Virus record (IMG/VR): IMGVR_UViG_3300049046_000039
Location: 1 to 64,000 of that record
Origin: a virus
Length of the DNA stretch: 64,000 bases
Direction: 5' to 3' (one strand)
A program made the position numbers and the translations under genes. Below are positions 38,336 to 48,043 of this stretch, one piece after another; positions within the stretch are counted from its first letter, which is position 1, and every line of letters starts with the position of its first letter. The notes beneath the pieces were generated by a model. The model was not told the origin of the DNA. It saw only the letters and a program-made list of their open reading frames with translations, and made no database searches.

Positions 38336-38589
38336 ATGGGTAGCTTAGCCGACGATGGAATGATGTTGAGCTCTTCAGCTTCGTTCTGAATCTTAGCTCT
38401 TAGGACAGGGTCTTTCTTTATGAGCGCCGCTGCAGTCTCTACGTCTACGTTATTCTCTTCGCACCAGTGACATATCGCGTCGATAATGTCTCCAGCATTA
38501 TTCTTGGTTAGTCGATCTACTTCTTTGTTTAGATCGACGTTAAACTTACTACTTGACATCTTCAATCTTTCCATTAATGAGTCTATCAT
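38332..38589 (-). CDS. gp33: Late transcription coactivator gp33
   Basis: IDAICHWCEENNVDVE.AA.LI....L.AKI..EAEELN; synteny with gp59 and gp32. Confidence 0.85.
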   Translation of the reverse strand: MIDSLMERLKMSSSKFNVDLNKEVDRLTKNNAGDIIDAICHWCEENNVDVETAAALIKKDPVLRAKIQNEAEELNIIPSSAKLPI

Positions 38590-38827
38590 GCCTCATTATA
38601 AACCAAGTTAGCATGAAAGTAAAGGAAAAACCGTACATGAACTTACCAAATAGCAGAGGTGCGTACATGGTAGATAGCGTGGTAGTAACTAGAAGAACGA
38701 CTAAAGTCAGTGTGTAGAGATCGAATCTCTTGTAAGGTGAAGCGGTCGATAGAAATATCGTGATTGCCGCGACCATCGCGCAAATGTAGCCTAGTATGCT
38801 ACTGATCAATATTACGAAATACAACAT
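38549..38827 (-). CDS. Small membrane protein
   Basis: Three hydrophobic segments. Confidence 0.55.
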   Translation of the reverse strand: MLYFVILISSILGYICAMVAAITIFLSTASPYKRFDLYTLTLVVLLVTTTLSTMYAPLLFGKFMYGFSFTFMLTWFIMRHDRLINGKIEDVK

Positions 38828-39033
38828 TATCTAGTTAGACTATCTTTCGCTTTCTTCGGGTCGGCATCCATCATCTTAATAACGTACTCACATTGCCTAG
38901 TGTATTCGATTAGGATTAGTAGATCCTCACCGCTAACAGTTACGTTCTTCTGCTTTGCGGGCGTTTTAAGAACAGCCAGCTCAAGATCGTCTATCAACGC
39001 TTCCATGAGCCCGTGCTTACTAAGATGTGCCAT
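38827..39033 (-). CDS. Hypothetical protein
   Basis: AAGGAG RBS. Confidence 0.6.
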   Translation of the reverse strand: MAHLSKHGLMEALIDDLELAVLKTPAKQKNVTVSGEDLLILIEYTRQCEYVIKMMDADPKKAKDSLTR

Positions 39034-39246
39034 AGGGTACTCCTTGTTTGTACCCTATATTTAGGCCGAAGATAGTCTTAAACGCCCGCAAAAGTTAAGA
39101 TTGGCTAACTACAGGCCCCGCTGTGATGTAAGATTCGATTGTAGTTGCAATGGTAATGAGGTCGTTTATGTCTGTATAGTTGTTGGTGGAGGCGACGAAA
39201 CGAATGGCTTCGTCGATACAGTACATTCTTAGTTCTCTGTCTGACA

Positions 39247-39528
39247 TTACGTAGTGTATCCCTGATTAGCTAACTCGTAGCCATACATCATCATGCGGCA
39301 CTGAAGAGCGAAGTCTCGAACCTTACGATTAGTATCTAGCTTGTAAGCAGTTATAACTTCGTTAGACTGTAGCTCGTCAGTGGCTAGGCTGGCACAGACG
39401 AGAGCTCGCTGTGCTAACTCAGTGTCGGTAATATCCTGATCGTCATTAGGAACGATCAGTTGTTGCTGAGCATACAGCGCGGCCGGAACGCACACTAAGG
39501 CTGCAGCAGCTAAAAGCAGCTTCTTCAT
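39247..39528 (-). CDS. Secreted hypothetical protein
   Basis: Signal peptide MKKLLLAAAALV. Confidence 0.65.
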   Translation of the reverse strand: MKKLLLAAAALVCVPAALYAQQQLIVPNDDQDITDTELAQRALVCASLATDELQSNEVITAYKLDTNRKVRDFALQCRMMMYGYELANQGYTT

Positions 39529-39546
39529 ACAAATTTTCCTTGAAAA

Positions 39547-39874
39547 GTGGTGGGATTCTGTTGCTAGGTTCCCACCGGACCCCAGGACTCACTGCTTAGG
39601 CAGCGAGCGCAAGGACATTGTTGTCGTTTGCGGTTATTTTGTGTGGGCCTTAGCGTGGACCCAAACGATCTTCTCAGTCTAGCCTTCAGCGACCATCGAT
39701 CCTAGTTCGGCCCCATCAGAAGCAGTGGTTGGAAGTCTCTTCATACCAACTTTCATTAAGATCGTCTATAGCCAACCTTAAGACCGTCACTGCTTCTGGT
39801 GGAGCCGCCGGGTACTGCCCCCGGGTCTGATCTCCTATCGTTCAACTTCTGGCATATCTCTATGCCGCGAAGAT
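39547..39874 (-). ncRNA. ssrA: Two-piece (circularly permuted) tmRNA, alphaproteobacterial type; ends approximate
   Basis: T-arm and CGGCTCC-A-CCA (39797) precede the 5' GGGGCCG (39714); G3:U70 pair; tag ORF ANDNNVLALAA* at 39596-39631; promoter TTGACA-N17-TATAAATA. Confidence 0.92.
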
Positions 39875-39905
39875 AGAGTATTTATAACATAGCTTGACTA
39901 AAATG

Positions 39906-40217
39906 TCAAGGCCTTTTTTTGCGTCTCTTAATCATAGTCAAGAGCTTGTTCTCAACCTTAGACTTCTTGTTGTTGCAACCTGCGCAGATAAGCTGCCAGT
40001 TGTCTTCTTCGTCTGGTCCACCAAGACACTGAGCCACCATGTGGTCTACACTAGCCTGAAGCGCCCAAGGCTTCTCTTCGGAGTGCTCGATGTGCATCTC
40101 CTGCTCGCATATCCAGCAAGTCTTGTTCTTACGCCATTGGGTCATCTTCCACTGAAACTGTGGATACATCTTTTGCATACGCCTAGCGTGGCCGGCGTTC
40201 TCGTATACGATAGGCAT
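39906..40217 (-). CDS. HNH endonuclease
   Basis: CWIC...SVDH.....GG.....NWQLICAGCN..K. Confidence 0.85.
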   Translation of the reverse strand: MPIVYENAGHARRMQKMYPQFQWKMTQWRKNKTCWICEQEMHIEHSEEKPWALQASVDHMVAQCLGGPDEEDNWQLICAGCNNKKSKVENKLLTMIKRRKKRP

Positions 40218-41383
40218 TACTTCTTAACAACCCTTACTAAGACAGTGTTCTCGTTCATTCGTTGCTGAAGCTTCTGGTCTGAACCGTTAACGGTGTCCAT
40301 AAACTTTCGCAATGATACTTTGCCTGCGGCTTGCAGTTCTCTTAGAACGCCGTCGACTCTATTGGCTCTGATCTTCTTGGTTACAGAAGAGCTCTCGTCA
40401 TAATTGATGATCGCTGTTCGATGCACGCTCAGACCCTTGATAGGATCGCTAGCTCTGAACACTGTAAGCTGATTGTACTTACAGTTGAACGTCCACAGCT
40501 CTAGAGCACCGACGACTTCTGAAGGATAGACCGACTGTATCTTGAAGACGTTATCGAACTCCTTATACTTAAAGTCCTTGAGGAGCTTTTCGGTAGTCAT
40601 CGTCTTCGGCTTGCGAGGCTTACGAGTCTTCTTCTTGTTGTTCTGATACTGCTCGATATCTTCGACCAGCATTACGTAGAATCCGTACAGCTTCTCGAGG
40701 TGATCTTTGGTGTAACCCTCGTAACCCTCGACCTTACCGTGATAGGCCAACTCGATGTCTTCGAGTTCTGGGTTGTACTTGTCGTGAAGCTGCTTAGCGA
40801 TCTGCTGAGATACTTCGTTAGCCTGAAGGAAGTCGAACATGCTGAATTCCGACTTCCAGTTGTCTAGGAAGTCGTCAATCTTAACTTCGACCTGACAAGC
40901 CAGGTGATCGTAGAGCGCGGCCATTCGATCCTGTACGGTGGGCTTTTTGGGCTCATTGCCCATACCATCCTCAGGCTCGGGTTGCTCATTCTCGGCCCTT
41001 CTCTGGCCATCTGAGATGGCTTCCTGAAGGCGGGTCTCAAAGTAATTCTTGGTCTTGTCTGGAAGAATAGCGCCTTGAGACCGCATCCTAGCGATCCAGC
41101 ATATCGTAGACGGAATGAACTTGTCTGGAATCGCTCGTACAGCACGAAGATCGGCAGTGCGATTTGTGTTCTTGAGATACTCGACAAGGAACTCTTTCGC
41201 TTCCTTGGTCTCGCACATGTAGTTGTACCAGTTGTATGCCTGAGTCAGCTGACTGGCATTCAGTTCTTTGCTGGTGTAGACTGGTTCTCCGCCGTAAGCT
41301 TTGCTGTTTACTAAAAACTGTTCTTGCTTAGACTTCGTCTTCTTCTTTGACTTGAGCTTGATAAGTGCTGGGCGCTTTGCCAT
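40217..41383 (-). CDS. Conserved T4-like hypothetical protein
   Basis: AYNWYNY; P..VVGA.ELW.FN.KY..L; R.NE.T.L..V. Confidence 0.75.
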   Translation of the reverse strand: MAKRPALIKLKSKKKTKSKQEQFLVNSKAYGGEPVYTSKELNASQLTQAYNWYNYMCETKEAKEFLVEYLKNTNRTADLRAVRAIPDKFIPSTICWIARMRSQGAILPDKTKNYFETRLQEAISDGQRRAENEQPEPEDGMGNEPKKPTVQDRMAALYDHLACQVEVKIDDFLDNWKSEFSMFDFLQANEVSQQIAKQLHDKYNPELEDIELAYHGKVEGYEGYTKDHLEKLYGFYVMLVEDIEQYQNNKKKTRKPRKPKTMTTEKLLKDFKYKEFDNVFKIQSVYPSEVVGALELWTFNCKYNQLTVFRASDPIKGLSVHRTAIINYDESSSVTKKIRANRVDGVLRELQAAGKVSLRKFMDTVNGSDQKLQQRMNENTVLVRVVKK

Positions 41384-41453
41384 GTAATACTCGCACGTGT
41401 AGTGTTGAAACTTTATTTGGAGGGATTATATATCTAAGTAAAGCGAAAGTAAA

Positions 41454-41687
41454 CTACTTTTTTCTCAGCTTTACAAGTTCGCGCGAGCTTACGACAACAG
41501 CTCCAGCAGCGACGGCGAGCTCGAACTCGTGCTCGCGAAGATCGTAGTGATCTCGATCGAACCAACAGCGTTTGCAGCCGATTCTAGCTGCAAACGCGTG
41601 TAGTTCGTCCAAAGTATCTGCCATGAGATGACAGTACTTCTTTCGTTTGTGGAAGAAAGCTCTAGGCTTGTCTACGTAGACTGTCAC
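41454..41687 (-). CDS. DUF4031-like protein
   Basis: VYVD...CHLMADT.DELH.FA..IG..R.WF..DHYDL...A...GA. Confidence 0.8.
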   Translation of the reverse strand: MTVYVDKPRAFFHKRKKYCHLMADTLDELHAFAARIGCKRCWFDRDHYDLREHEFELAVAAGAVVVSSRELVKLRKK

Positions 41688-42757
41688 AGAACCTTCGAGA
41701 TGTCGAATGTTCCATTGATCTTCGTCTTGATAGTAACCTCAGTACCCTCGACGTCTCTGTAGCAGATTCTACCCTGCTGAGCGTCGTACTGATACATGTC
41801 GTCGATGGACATAACGATCACGTCGTCTTCCATGGCGACTTCGATGCTCGAAGCTCGGAAAGGATTGAGATACAGCGAGTTGGTCTCGACGTCCTTAGTT
41901 ACGTCCTTGCCGTTGATGACGACCTTTTCGATAGTCCAGTATTGATAGCCAGGGCCGTCGTTTTCGGGCTTGACGTTGAGATACTTCACTGCGTCGAGGG
42001 GATCGCATCCATAGCGATTGATCTCTTCGACGATAGTCTGAAGCATGTCGAAGTTGAACGCCTTGAAGAGGCCGCTGATCTTGACGATCTCGTCGGTAAA
42101 CTTTTCGTGCTTGAGGTTTTCGCTAAGAAACTCTCGAATGAACTCTTCTTCAAGACCGACATAGTCGATCATGTAGTAGATTCGACTGGGTCTGTTGCGG
42201 AGGTGAGTGTCGATCTTGTACTTGTCGTTGCAGGTAAAGATGAAGAGCTTGTTGCTCGCGAAGAGCCCGTCGAGCAGAGTCAGAATCGACTGCTGATCTT
42301 CGTAATTGTCGTACATCTTCTCGAACTCGTCGAACAGAATTACCGACGGAGTGTCGATAGTCGACATAAACTTCAAGAAGCCGTCCTTGATCGTCTTGTT
42401 GTGTTCAGTGTTCGTAAACGCCGTGTTGACGATGATCGTCGGCATGTTATCGTTTACGCGAAGATCGTGTGAGATGAGCTTGGCGAGAAGAGTCTTACCA
42501 GAGCCCTTTTCGCCGGTAAGCATAACACCCGTAGACTGCGAGCGCATCTTGAAAGTGTTGATGATTCGCTCGGCTCTCTTCCTCGTATCGCCGTAGTAGC
42601 GAGGAATGAGGTTAAAGTCGACCGACTTCGTGAGATAGAAGTCTCCGGCGTCGTCTCTCTGAACGACGTAAGTGCCGACAGGAAGACTACTGCCGAGATC
42701 GATAGACTCCGAAGAGCGAACGTAGATTGCGTCTCCATACTTAATGTAGTGTGTCAT
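41684..42757 (-). CDS. AAA ATPase
   Basis: GEKGSGKT, LFDEFEK, LLDG, NRPSRI. Confidence 0.88.
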   Translation of the reverse strand: MTHYIKYGDAIYVRSSESIDLGSSLPVGTYVVQRDDAGDFYLTKSVDFNLIPRYYGDTRKRAERIINTFKMRSQSTGVMLTGEKGSGKTLLAKLISHDLRVNDNMPTIIVNTAFTNTEHNKTIKDGFLKFMSTIDTPSVILFDEFEKMYDNYEDQQSILTLLDGLFASNKLFIFTCNDKYKIDTHLRNRPSRIYYMIDYVGLEEEFIREFLSENLKHEKFTDEIVKISGLFKAFNFDMLQTIVEEINRYGCDPLDAVKYLNVKPENDGPGYQYWTIEKVVINGKDVTKDVETNSLYLNPFRASSIEVAMEDDVIVMSIDDMYQYDAQQGRICYRDVEGTEVTIKTKINGTFDISKVL

Positions 42758-43026
42758 GCGTATTCCATATCGTTAGAGTATTGCCACGTATTTTGGTAGT
42801 CCCATATGTATCTGTGCATCTCCCGCTGCATGTCATTGTCGACTATCTCTCGAGCCAAGTCCATGTGCTTGCACGGCCCTCTGGCGTAGCAACTGCACGA
42901 AACAGATCTAGGCTTTACTATAAGAGTGTAGGTGTCTACAGGTTCTTTTTCGCTGCTCCACTTAGAGCACTCGAACATAAATCTACCACCGTACTCAGAC
43001 AGCAGTCTAAACGTGTAGACACTCAT
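42754..43026 (-). CDS. Hypothetical protein with a SWIM-like zinc finger
   Basis: CSC.....CKH. Confidence 0.6.
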   Translation of the reverse strand: MSVYTFRLLSEYGGRFMFECSKWSSEKEPVDTYTLIVKPRSVSCSCYARGPCKHMDLAREIVDNDMQREMHRYIWDYQNTWQYSNDMEYA

Positions 43027-43571
43027 ACCAGGCGAGGATCGTATGCCCAGTGAAGAATAGCTTGGCGCTGCTTGCGGCGGCAGTTCATGTCGCCGACTTT
43101 GCAGTTAGCTCTGATCTGACCGAGATGGCGAGCCATAGCCTTCCAGCGGCCGATCTGGCGATTGTCGTCTGGATGACGACGACCGAGGTAGTAGCGACAG
43201 TACCACTGGAACCAGCCGCGCGGATCGTCTGGATGTATCCATCCCTTTTCACGCCAGACTGACAGTGGCTGAGATGCGTCGACTCTCATGAAGTTTAGAC
43301 GTACATCGGGCTTGGTACCCTTAGCGAACTTGGCATTTTCGAACCAAGACGCTGGAAACTCGTTAACGCAGTCGCGCATGTATATGCCACCGAATACGCC
43401 CATGCTGAGCATTTCAGCCGGTGTTAATTGTGGCGTAAAGTCATAGCGAAAGTTCTTGCCGGCGGGTTCGACCAGCTCGTAGCTGTAGCCATCCTGCATC
43501 TTGTCTCGAACAGAGATAATTCTACCGACTCTTTCCACGTCTCGACGATGTCCTGTTGATATGTGTGCCAT
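43023..43571 (-). CDS. Conserved hypothetical protein (DPRGWFQWYCRYY family); open frame extends upstream to 43874
   Basis: LTP.EML.MGVFGG.Y; KGWI...DPRGWFQWYCRYY.GRR..DD.RQI.RW; promoter immediately 5' of ATG 43571. Confidence 0.75.
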   Translation of the reverse strand: MAHISTGHRRDVERVGRIISVRDKMQDGYSYELVEPAGKNFRYDFTPQLTPAEMLSMGVFGGIYMRDCVNEFPASWFENAKFAKGTKPDVRLNFMRVDASQPLSVWREKGWIHPDDPRGWFQWYCRYYLGRRHPDDNRQIGRWKAMARHLGQIRANCKVGDMNCRRKQRQAILHWAYDPRLV

Positions 43572-43976
43572 AATGTATATCCTATCACGATTTAACACAA
43601 TGTCAACCACTATCTTCTTGTTCGAGTTCGTGCTCAGGGCGAGGCCACTGACCATCAACTCTTCCACAGTCCAGACACAATCCAGACACAATCCAAAGTA
43701 GAGGTAGTCACCGTCTCCGATTCCAAGGCCAGAAGGAACGTATCCAACGCTCTCTCTTCCCTTTATCTCGACGCAGCACATGTCAGAACACTTAGCGTTA
43801 ACGTTAAGGATTCTGGTGCTTAAACACTTAGAGCAGAATGACGCCATGTGTGCTTCTCGCCTGGCCTTTACCATTTTCTATTATAAACATTTAATCTAAA
43901 ATGTAAAGGCATTTTATACCACGCACAAAGAGAGGGAGATCAGCTCTCCCTCTCTTCGCCGTCCTGTTGTGGACAA

Positions 43977-44630
43977 TTAGGCCATCGCGTGCGTGCGATT
44001 CTGAGCCAAGCGTCCGTCCCAGTGATTCTTCACTCGTCCGGGCCGGCCCTTCATTCGACCAGAAGGATTCTCGTCCTCGTGGCCGTCATGCACGGTCGGC
44101 TTGCGAGCGACCCTGGCTTTCGGGCTGGACTGCGTCGATCTGGTCATCGGAACGACGTTTGACTTGTCATCGGAAGCTCTGGGCTTCAGGTTCGATACCT
44201 GAGCTTCGATGATGAGAGGGTTCTCACCGCTCTCGATGCCATCCATGATTGGATCGATCGTGCTGACGCTCACCGAAGGGAGCTCTTCGTTCAGCAGGGC
44301 CGCTTCGATGATGATGTCGAAGACCTCGCCCTCGTCGTTACGGCACCAACCGCGAGTCGAGAAGTGCTGCTGCATTCCAGTCGTGGTCGGAACTTCAACG
44401 ATGTCGAGCTCGACGTGATCCTGGTTCTGTATCTTCAGACCAGACATCATGATCGCTCGGATGGCGAGTTCCCGATACGAATCGATCGGACGTTGGGATT
44501 GAAAGATCATCGCGTCGATCGCCGCCTCGCCCTTGGGCCAGACGAACACTCTTGATCGATTGCGACGGATCGTCTCGTTATCTTCCGGACTGACCAGAAG
44601 AATACGCGAGATGCGTGCTTCAGTATTCAT
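43977..44630 (-). CDS. Hypothetical early protein
   Basis: AAGGA RBS before MNTEAR; TTTACA promoter at about 44696. Confidence 0.65.
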   Translation of the reverse strand: MNTEARISRILLVSPEDNETIRRNRSRVFVWPKGEAAIDAMIFQSQRPIDSYRELAIRAIMMSGLKIQNQDHVELDIVEVPTTTGMQQHFSTRGWCRNDEGEVFDIIIEAALLNEELPSVSVSTIDPIMDGIESGENPLIIEAQVSNLKPRASDDKSNVVPMTRSTQSSPKARVARKPTVHDGHEDENPSGRMKGRPGRVKNHWDGRLAQNRTHAMA

Positions 44631-44750
44631 AACATTCCTTCCTTGCTGCCGGTTATTCTTACCAGCAAGGACCTTATAATACACGTGTTAAACAATGTAA
44701 ACAGGTATTTTGCACCACGATTAGCGAAGCAAATACCTGTTTACAGTTGC

Positions 44751-45284
44751 TTACAAGCGCCTTAAGAGATCGGAATGATCGGACACCGCGTGGTCCTTCT
44801 CGATGAAGCGAGAGTAGAGCCCGACTTCTCGACCGTAAGCGTCGACTTCCCACGGGTAATCGTAGTAGTCCATGCTGTCGTATGCGATGTGATTTCCGTA
44901 CCACACGACGCCGTCTCCATGAGGAGACCATCTGGCGATGCCGGTAGAATATTGCCTGACGTGAGCGAACTCGTGTGCGAGAGTACACAGAGTCGCTTTC
45001 CTGTCTAGGTGAGCGTCTATTTCTACTACAAAGCTTCGCGGGTCTGCGTGACCGTCAATGTACGAGGTGTATGCGTCACACCGATGACTGTGCTTGAGGC
45101 CTACAACGTTATCGATCCTAACGCTTAGGTTATTGATCGTGTCCAGTTCCTGTTGAGTTATAAACAGCAGCTGACCGTAGAATCGGCAAGCCTCGCGAAT
45201 GAGCTCGTGGTTTACGTCTCTGTGGTGATGTCTTCCGCATACTTTTATTCTCATTGACCCCTCATCATCAGATCCCCACGCCAA
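44751..45284 (-). CDS. Zinc metallopeptidase-like protein (HExxH)
   Basis: TLAHEFAHVRQY...Y...PWEVDAY..E. Confidence 0.8.
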   Translation of the reverse strand: MAWGSDDEGSMRIKVCGRHHHRDVNHELIREACRFYGQLLFITQQELDTINNLSVRIDNVVGLKHSHRCDAYTSYIDGHADPRSFVVEIDAHLDRKATLCTLAHEFAHVRQYSTGIARWSPHGDGVVWYGNHIAYDSMDYYDYPWEVDAYGREVGLYSRFIEKDHAVSDHSDLLRRL

Positions 45285-45349
45285 CGTGAAACTAATCCCA
45301 TTGACTGGATTAAAATATAAACATGCCAGCCTGCATTGTAAATATTAAA

Positions 45350-46015
45350 TTATTGCGCAGAGATAATTTTATTTTCTTCGAGCATGTCGTTGATCTTGTC
45401 GATGTAGTCTTCTTTTTTCTTTACGAAGACTTGAGGATCTTCATTGTCTACGCCAATGATCACTACGATCTGAGGAATTTGAACTCCAGTAATTTCCTCT
45501 ACCATGAGAGCGTACAGAGTACACTGGAGGAAGTAGTTTAGAATGTCTTCTTCGTTCTTAATGTACTTAGAAGTCTTAAAGTCTACAATAGACTTAGCGT
45601 CGTCCCATAGCGCGAGCATGTCAGCTCGTCCGGCTATCTTCATAGAGTCGGACCACAGACCTATCTCGAGTCCGTAAACAGCTCTCACTCTTTGAAGTAG
45701 AACTTTACGAATAGACTCGGCCATCATTAGGTTGTTGGGCATCTGGCCCCTAGAGTACTGAGGGTTGTTGAGAACCATCTGCTCTAGTATGTTGTGAACT
45801 GCAGTTCCGCGTCTTGAAGCTTGAACTGAGACTCTCTTTGCAGTCTCTTCGCCTACTCTCTCGATCCAGTCGTCTAGCCACTGATGGTCGCTAAACTTAG
45901 AGAGAAACGTGGTGACGCTCTGATACTTGTCACCCTTCGGTGTAGTATAGAATCTTCCGTTTGACGTATCTTCGGAATATATCTTAGGTAAGTCGATTAG
46001 TTTTAGATTAAACAT
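45350..46015 (-). CDS. PD-(D/E)xK (Cas4/RecB-like) exonuclease
   Basis: RFY.TP.G..Y.SVTT; RGTAVH; AGRAD; VDFKTS; YFLQ...YA. Confidence 0.88.
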   Translation of the reverse strand: MFNLKLIDLPKIYSEDTSNGRFYTTPKGDKYQSVTTFLSKFSDHQWLDDWIERVGEETAKRVSVQASRRGTAVHNILEQMVLNNPQYSRGQMPNNLMMAESIRKVLLQRVRAVYGLEIGLWSDSMKIAGRADMLALWDDAKSIVDFKTSKYIKNEEDILNYFLQCTLYALMVEEITGVQIPQIVVIIGVDNEDPQVFVKKKEDYIDKINDMLEENKIISAQ

Positions 46016-46076
46016 GATGTTCTTCTATTGTGGCTACAGCGCATTATACACTGTAGCCACAGAAATGTCAACTAAT

Positions 46077-46823
46077 TTAGACGGTAATCCTGAGCTCATC
46101 CTTCTGGATGATGTACTCTTTAACCAGGGACGACCTGACGATGTCTTGTCTCTGAAAGTCTACGAACTCGAATGACTTCATCGACTTAACGATGTTCATG
46201 AACTTACCTAGTCCGTTTCTTTCCTGCTCGTTAGTAAAGTCGGACTGTCTGAAGTCTCCTGCGAACACGATTCGAGTGTTCTTACCTACTCGAGTGATGA
46301 TACTGTCTAGTTCGTGGAGGTTGCAGTTCTGCATCTCGTCTACTAGAACGATAGCGTCATTGAAGGTGACGCCGCGCACGAAGCTGGTCGAGATGAACTG
46401 GATGATGCCCTTGTTCTCTAGTAGAGTGTAGGCGTCTCTTCGACCGAACAGCTCTTCGCATATAGCCACGTAGGGAGCCTTGTAGACCGCTTCCTTCTCC
46501 TTGGTCGTACCAGGAAGGAAGCCCATGTCTCTAGTTGGAACGACTGATCTTACGATGACCAGTCGAGTCTTAGTGGATAGACCTGAAAATATCTCACGTA
46601 GTGCGAAATACATACCAAGGAACGACTTACCAGTACCTGCGATGCCGTGAAGCATCAGGTTATGATCAGCATCATAAGCTTTAAACGCGTTATTTTGATT
46701 AATCGTTAGTGGCTTAATGACTTTGAGCTGAAGTCCAAAGTTTGGCTGTTCACTTTCTAACCTAGTCTGCTCTCTTAGCAGTCTACGTTCTCTCTTAGTA
46801 AGTCTTTTATTCTGGTGAGTCAT
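46077..46823 (-). CDS. phoH: PhoH-family ATPase
   Basis: GIAGTGKS, MGFLPG, SFVRGVT, VDEMQN, ITRVG, GDFRQSD, DIVRS.LV. Confidence 0.95.
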   Translation of the reverse strand: MTHQNKRLTKRERRLLREQTRLESEQPNFGLQLKVIKPLTINQNNAFKAYDADHNLMLHGIAGTGKSFLGMYFALREIFSGLSTKTRLVIVRSVVPTRDMGFLPGTTKEKEAVYKAPYVAICEELFGRRDAYTLLENKGIIQFISTSFVRGVTFNDAIVLVDEMQNCNLHELDSIITRVGKNTRIVFAGDFRQSDFTNEQERNGLGKFMNIVKSMKSFEFVDFQRQDIVRSSLVKEYIIQKDELRITV

Positions 46824-46849
46824 CTATGCTCTCTTGTGTTATGAGACGA

Positions 46850-47074
46850 CTAAAATGTATTGATGTTACTCCTAGGACTATTTCTCTTAATGTCCCTCAG
46901 AATATCACGAAAGCTATCATCTGGTTTCTTAGCGTCGTTGTAGCTAATGCTAGAAGATGTCACTTTCCTACGCACATGAGTGTTCTCTTTCAAGAACTCT
47001 TCTACCTTGGAGTGAGGCATGAGCTCTTCGAACTCTTCATTTGTCTCGATGTTAACGAAAGTGTATAAAGGCAT
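46850..47074 (-). CDS. FmdB-like small regulatory protein
   Basis: MPLYTF.N..T.E.FE; KPDD.FRD.L..IK. Confidence 0.65.
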   Translation of the reverse strand: MPLYTFVNIETNEEFEELMPHSKVEEFLKENTHVRRKVTSSSISYNDAKKPDDSFRDILRDIKRNSPRSNINTF

Positions 47075-47220
47075 TAGTAGTCCTCGTCGTCGTCGCAGTG
47101 ATCTAAAAGGTAGTTGATATCTCGCGTCTTAAGAGCTCGTTGGAACTTCTTATTCTTTGGTTTACGCTTTTGAGATACTTCTTCCTCTTCTTCCCAGTTA
47201 TTCTTCCGAAACTTTTTCAT
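47074..47220 (-). CDS. Small charged hypothetical protein (48 aa, not in ORF track)
   Basis: MKKFRKNNWEEEEE...DDDEDY; TAATG coupling. Confidence 0.55.
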   Translation of the reverse strand: MKKFRKNNWEEEEEVSQKRKPKNKKFQRALKTRDINYLLDHCDDDEDY

Positions 47221-47638
47221 CAGCTTCACTCGGAATAAGACCAGGCCACACTTCTTGGACTAGAGCGGGTGTTATACCTTTAGGTAGTTTTCTGTCCTTG
47301 ACCAGCAGAAGTAGTTCTGCATCTTTAGGCGCAATGGACTCAAGAATCTGAACAAAAATCTGCTCTAGTCGAGCCGGCTTAAGATTAGAGCCGTTCTTGT
47401 TCACGAATAGTGATAGCTTACGCATCTGCGTGTACAGCATATTCTCTTGGTCGAGAAAATCAGTAGGCTTGTAGGGAGGAGCGCCTTCTGGGAGGTCCCA
47501 GACTATAGCAGGATGCAGAGCGTATTGGATTAAGTCTTGTAAAGATCGACTATCGTTCTTCTGTAGATATTCTATCTTTTCTTTGCGACTCTTCAGTTTA
47601 GAAGCATTTTCTAGAATTTCGGCAAGACCGAGTTTCAT
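47198..47638 (-). CDS. Conserved T4-like hypothetical protein
   Basis: LPEG.PPYKP; E..F.Q.LE...P.DA.LL...KD; late promoter TATAAATA at 47688-47695. Confidence 0.75.
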   Translation of the reverse strand: MKLGLAEILENASKLKSRKEKIEYLQKNDSRSLQDLIQYALHPAIVWDLPEGAPPYKPTDFLDQENMLYTQMRKLSLFVNKNGSNLKPARLEQIFVQILESIAPKDAELLLLVKDRKLPKGITPALVQEVWPGLIPSEADEKVSEE

Positions 47639-47713
47639 TAATCTATCCTTGGTTGTTATTGTCAAAGGCTAAAAGCCATTCACGACTTATTTATACCTTT
47701 GACAATAGCAACA

Positions 47714-48043
47714 TCACTTCTCAACCCAGATTTCTGCTTTACGGACTGGCACGAATCTAGGAACTTTCTTACCGTCTACTTCGACTTGATCCTTCCACTC
47801 GCGGAAAGGACGAGAGTAGACTACTTCTCCCTCTTTAAAGTACTCGAAGTTAGGCCCGTCGATTCTCATGTACGAGATCATCAACTCGCCAGTGTCGGTA
47901 TTGAATCCGAAAGGGTGCTTCATTTCGGTGAGTACTCGGTAGATTCCGCCCTTGTAGTGCTTCCACTCCTTACCCTTCGAGCTAAAAAACATCCATGCTA
48001 AGGATAGCTCTTCATTCATTTGTTCTGTTGTCTTATGTGGCAT
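47714..48043 (-). CDS. DUF1653-like protein
   Basis: WKHYKGG.Y.V ... YSRP...W...V...G..VPRF. Confidence 0.65.
   Translation of the reverse strand: MPHKTTEQMNEELSLAWMFFSSKGKEWKHYKGGIYRVLTEMKHPFGFNTDTGELMISYMRIDGPNFEYFKEGEVVYSRPFREWKDQVEVDGKKVPRFVPVRKAEIWVEK

Noticed and set aside
39906-40217. HNH gene as a mobile intron or homing element
   Set aside because: Free-standing and TAATG-coupled; no interrupted gene or intron structure seen
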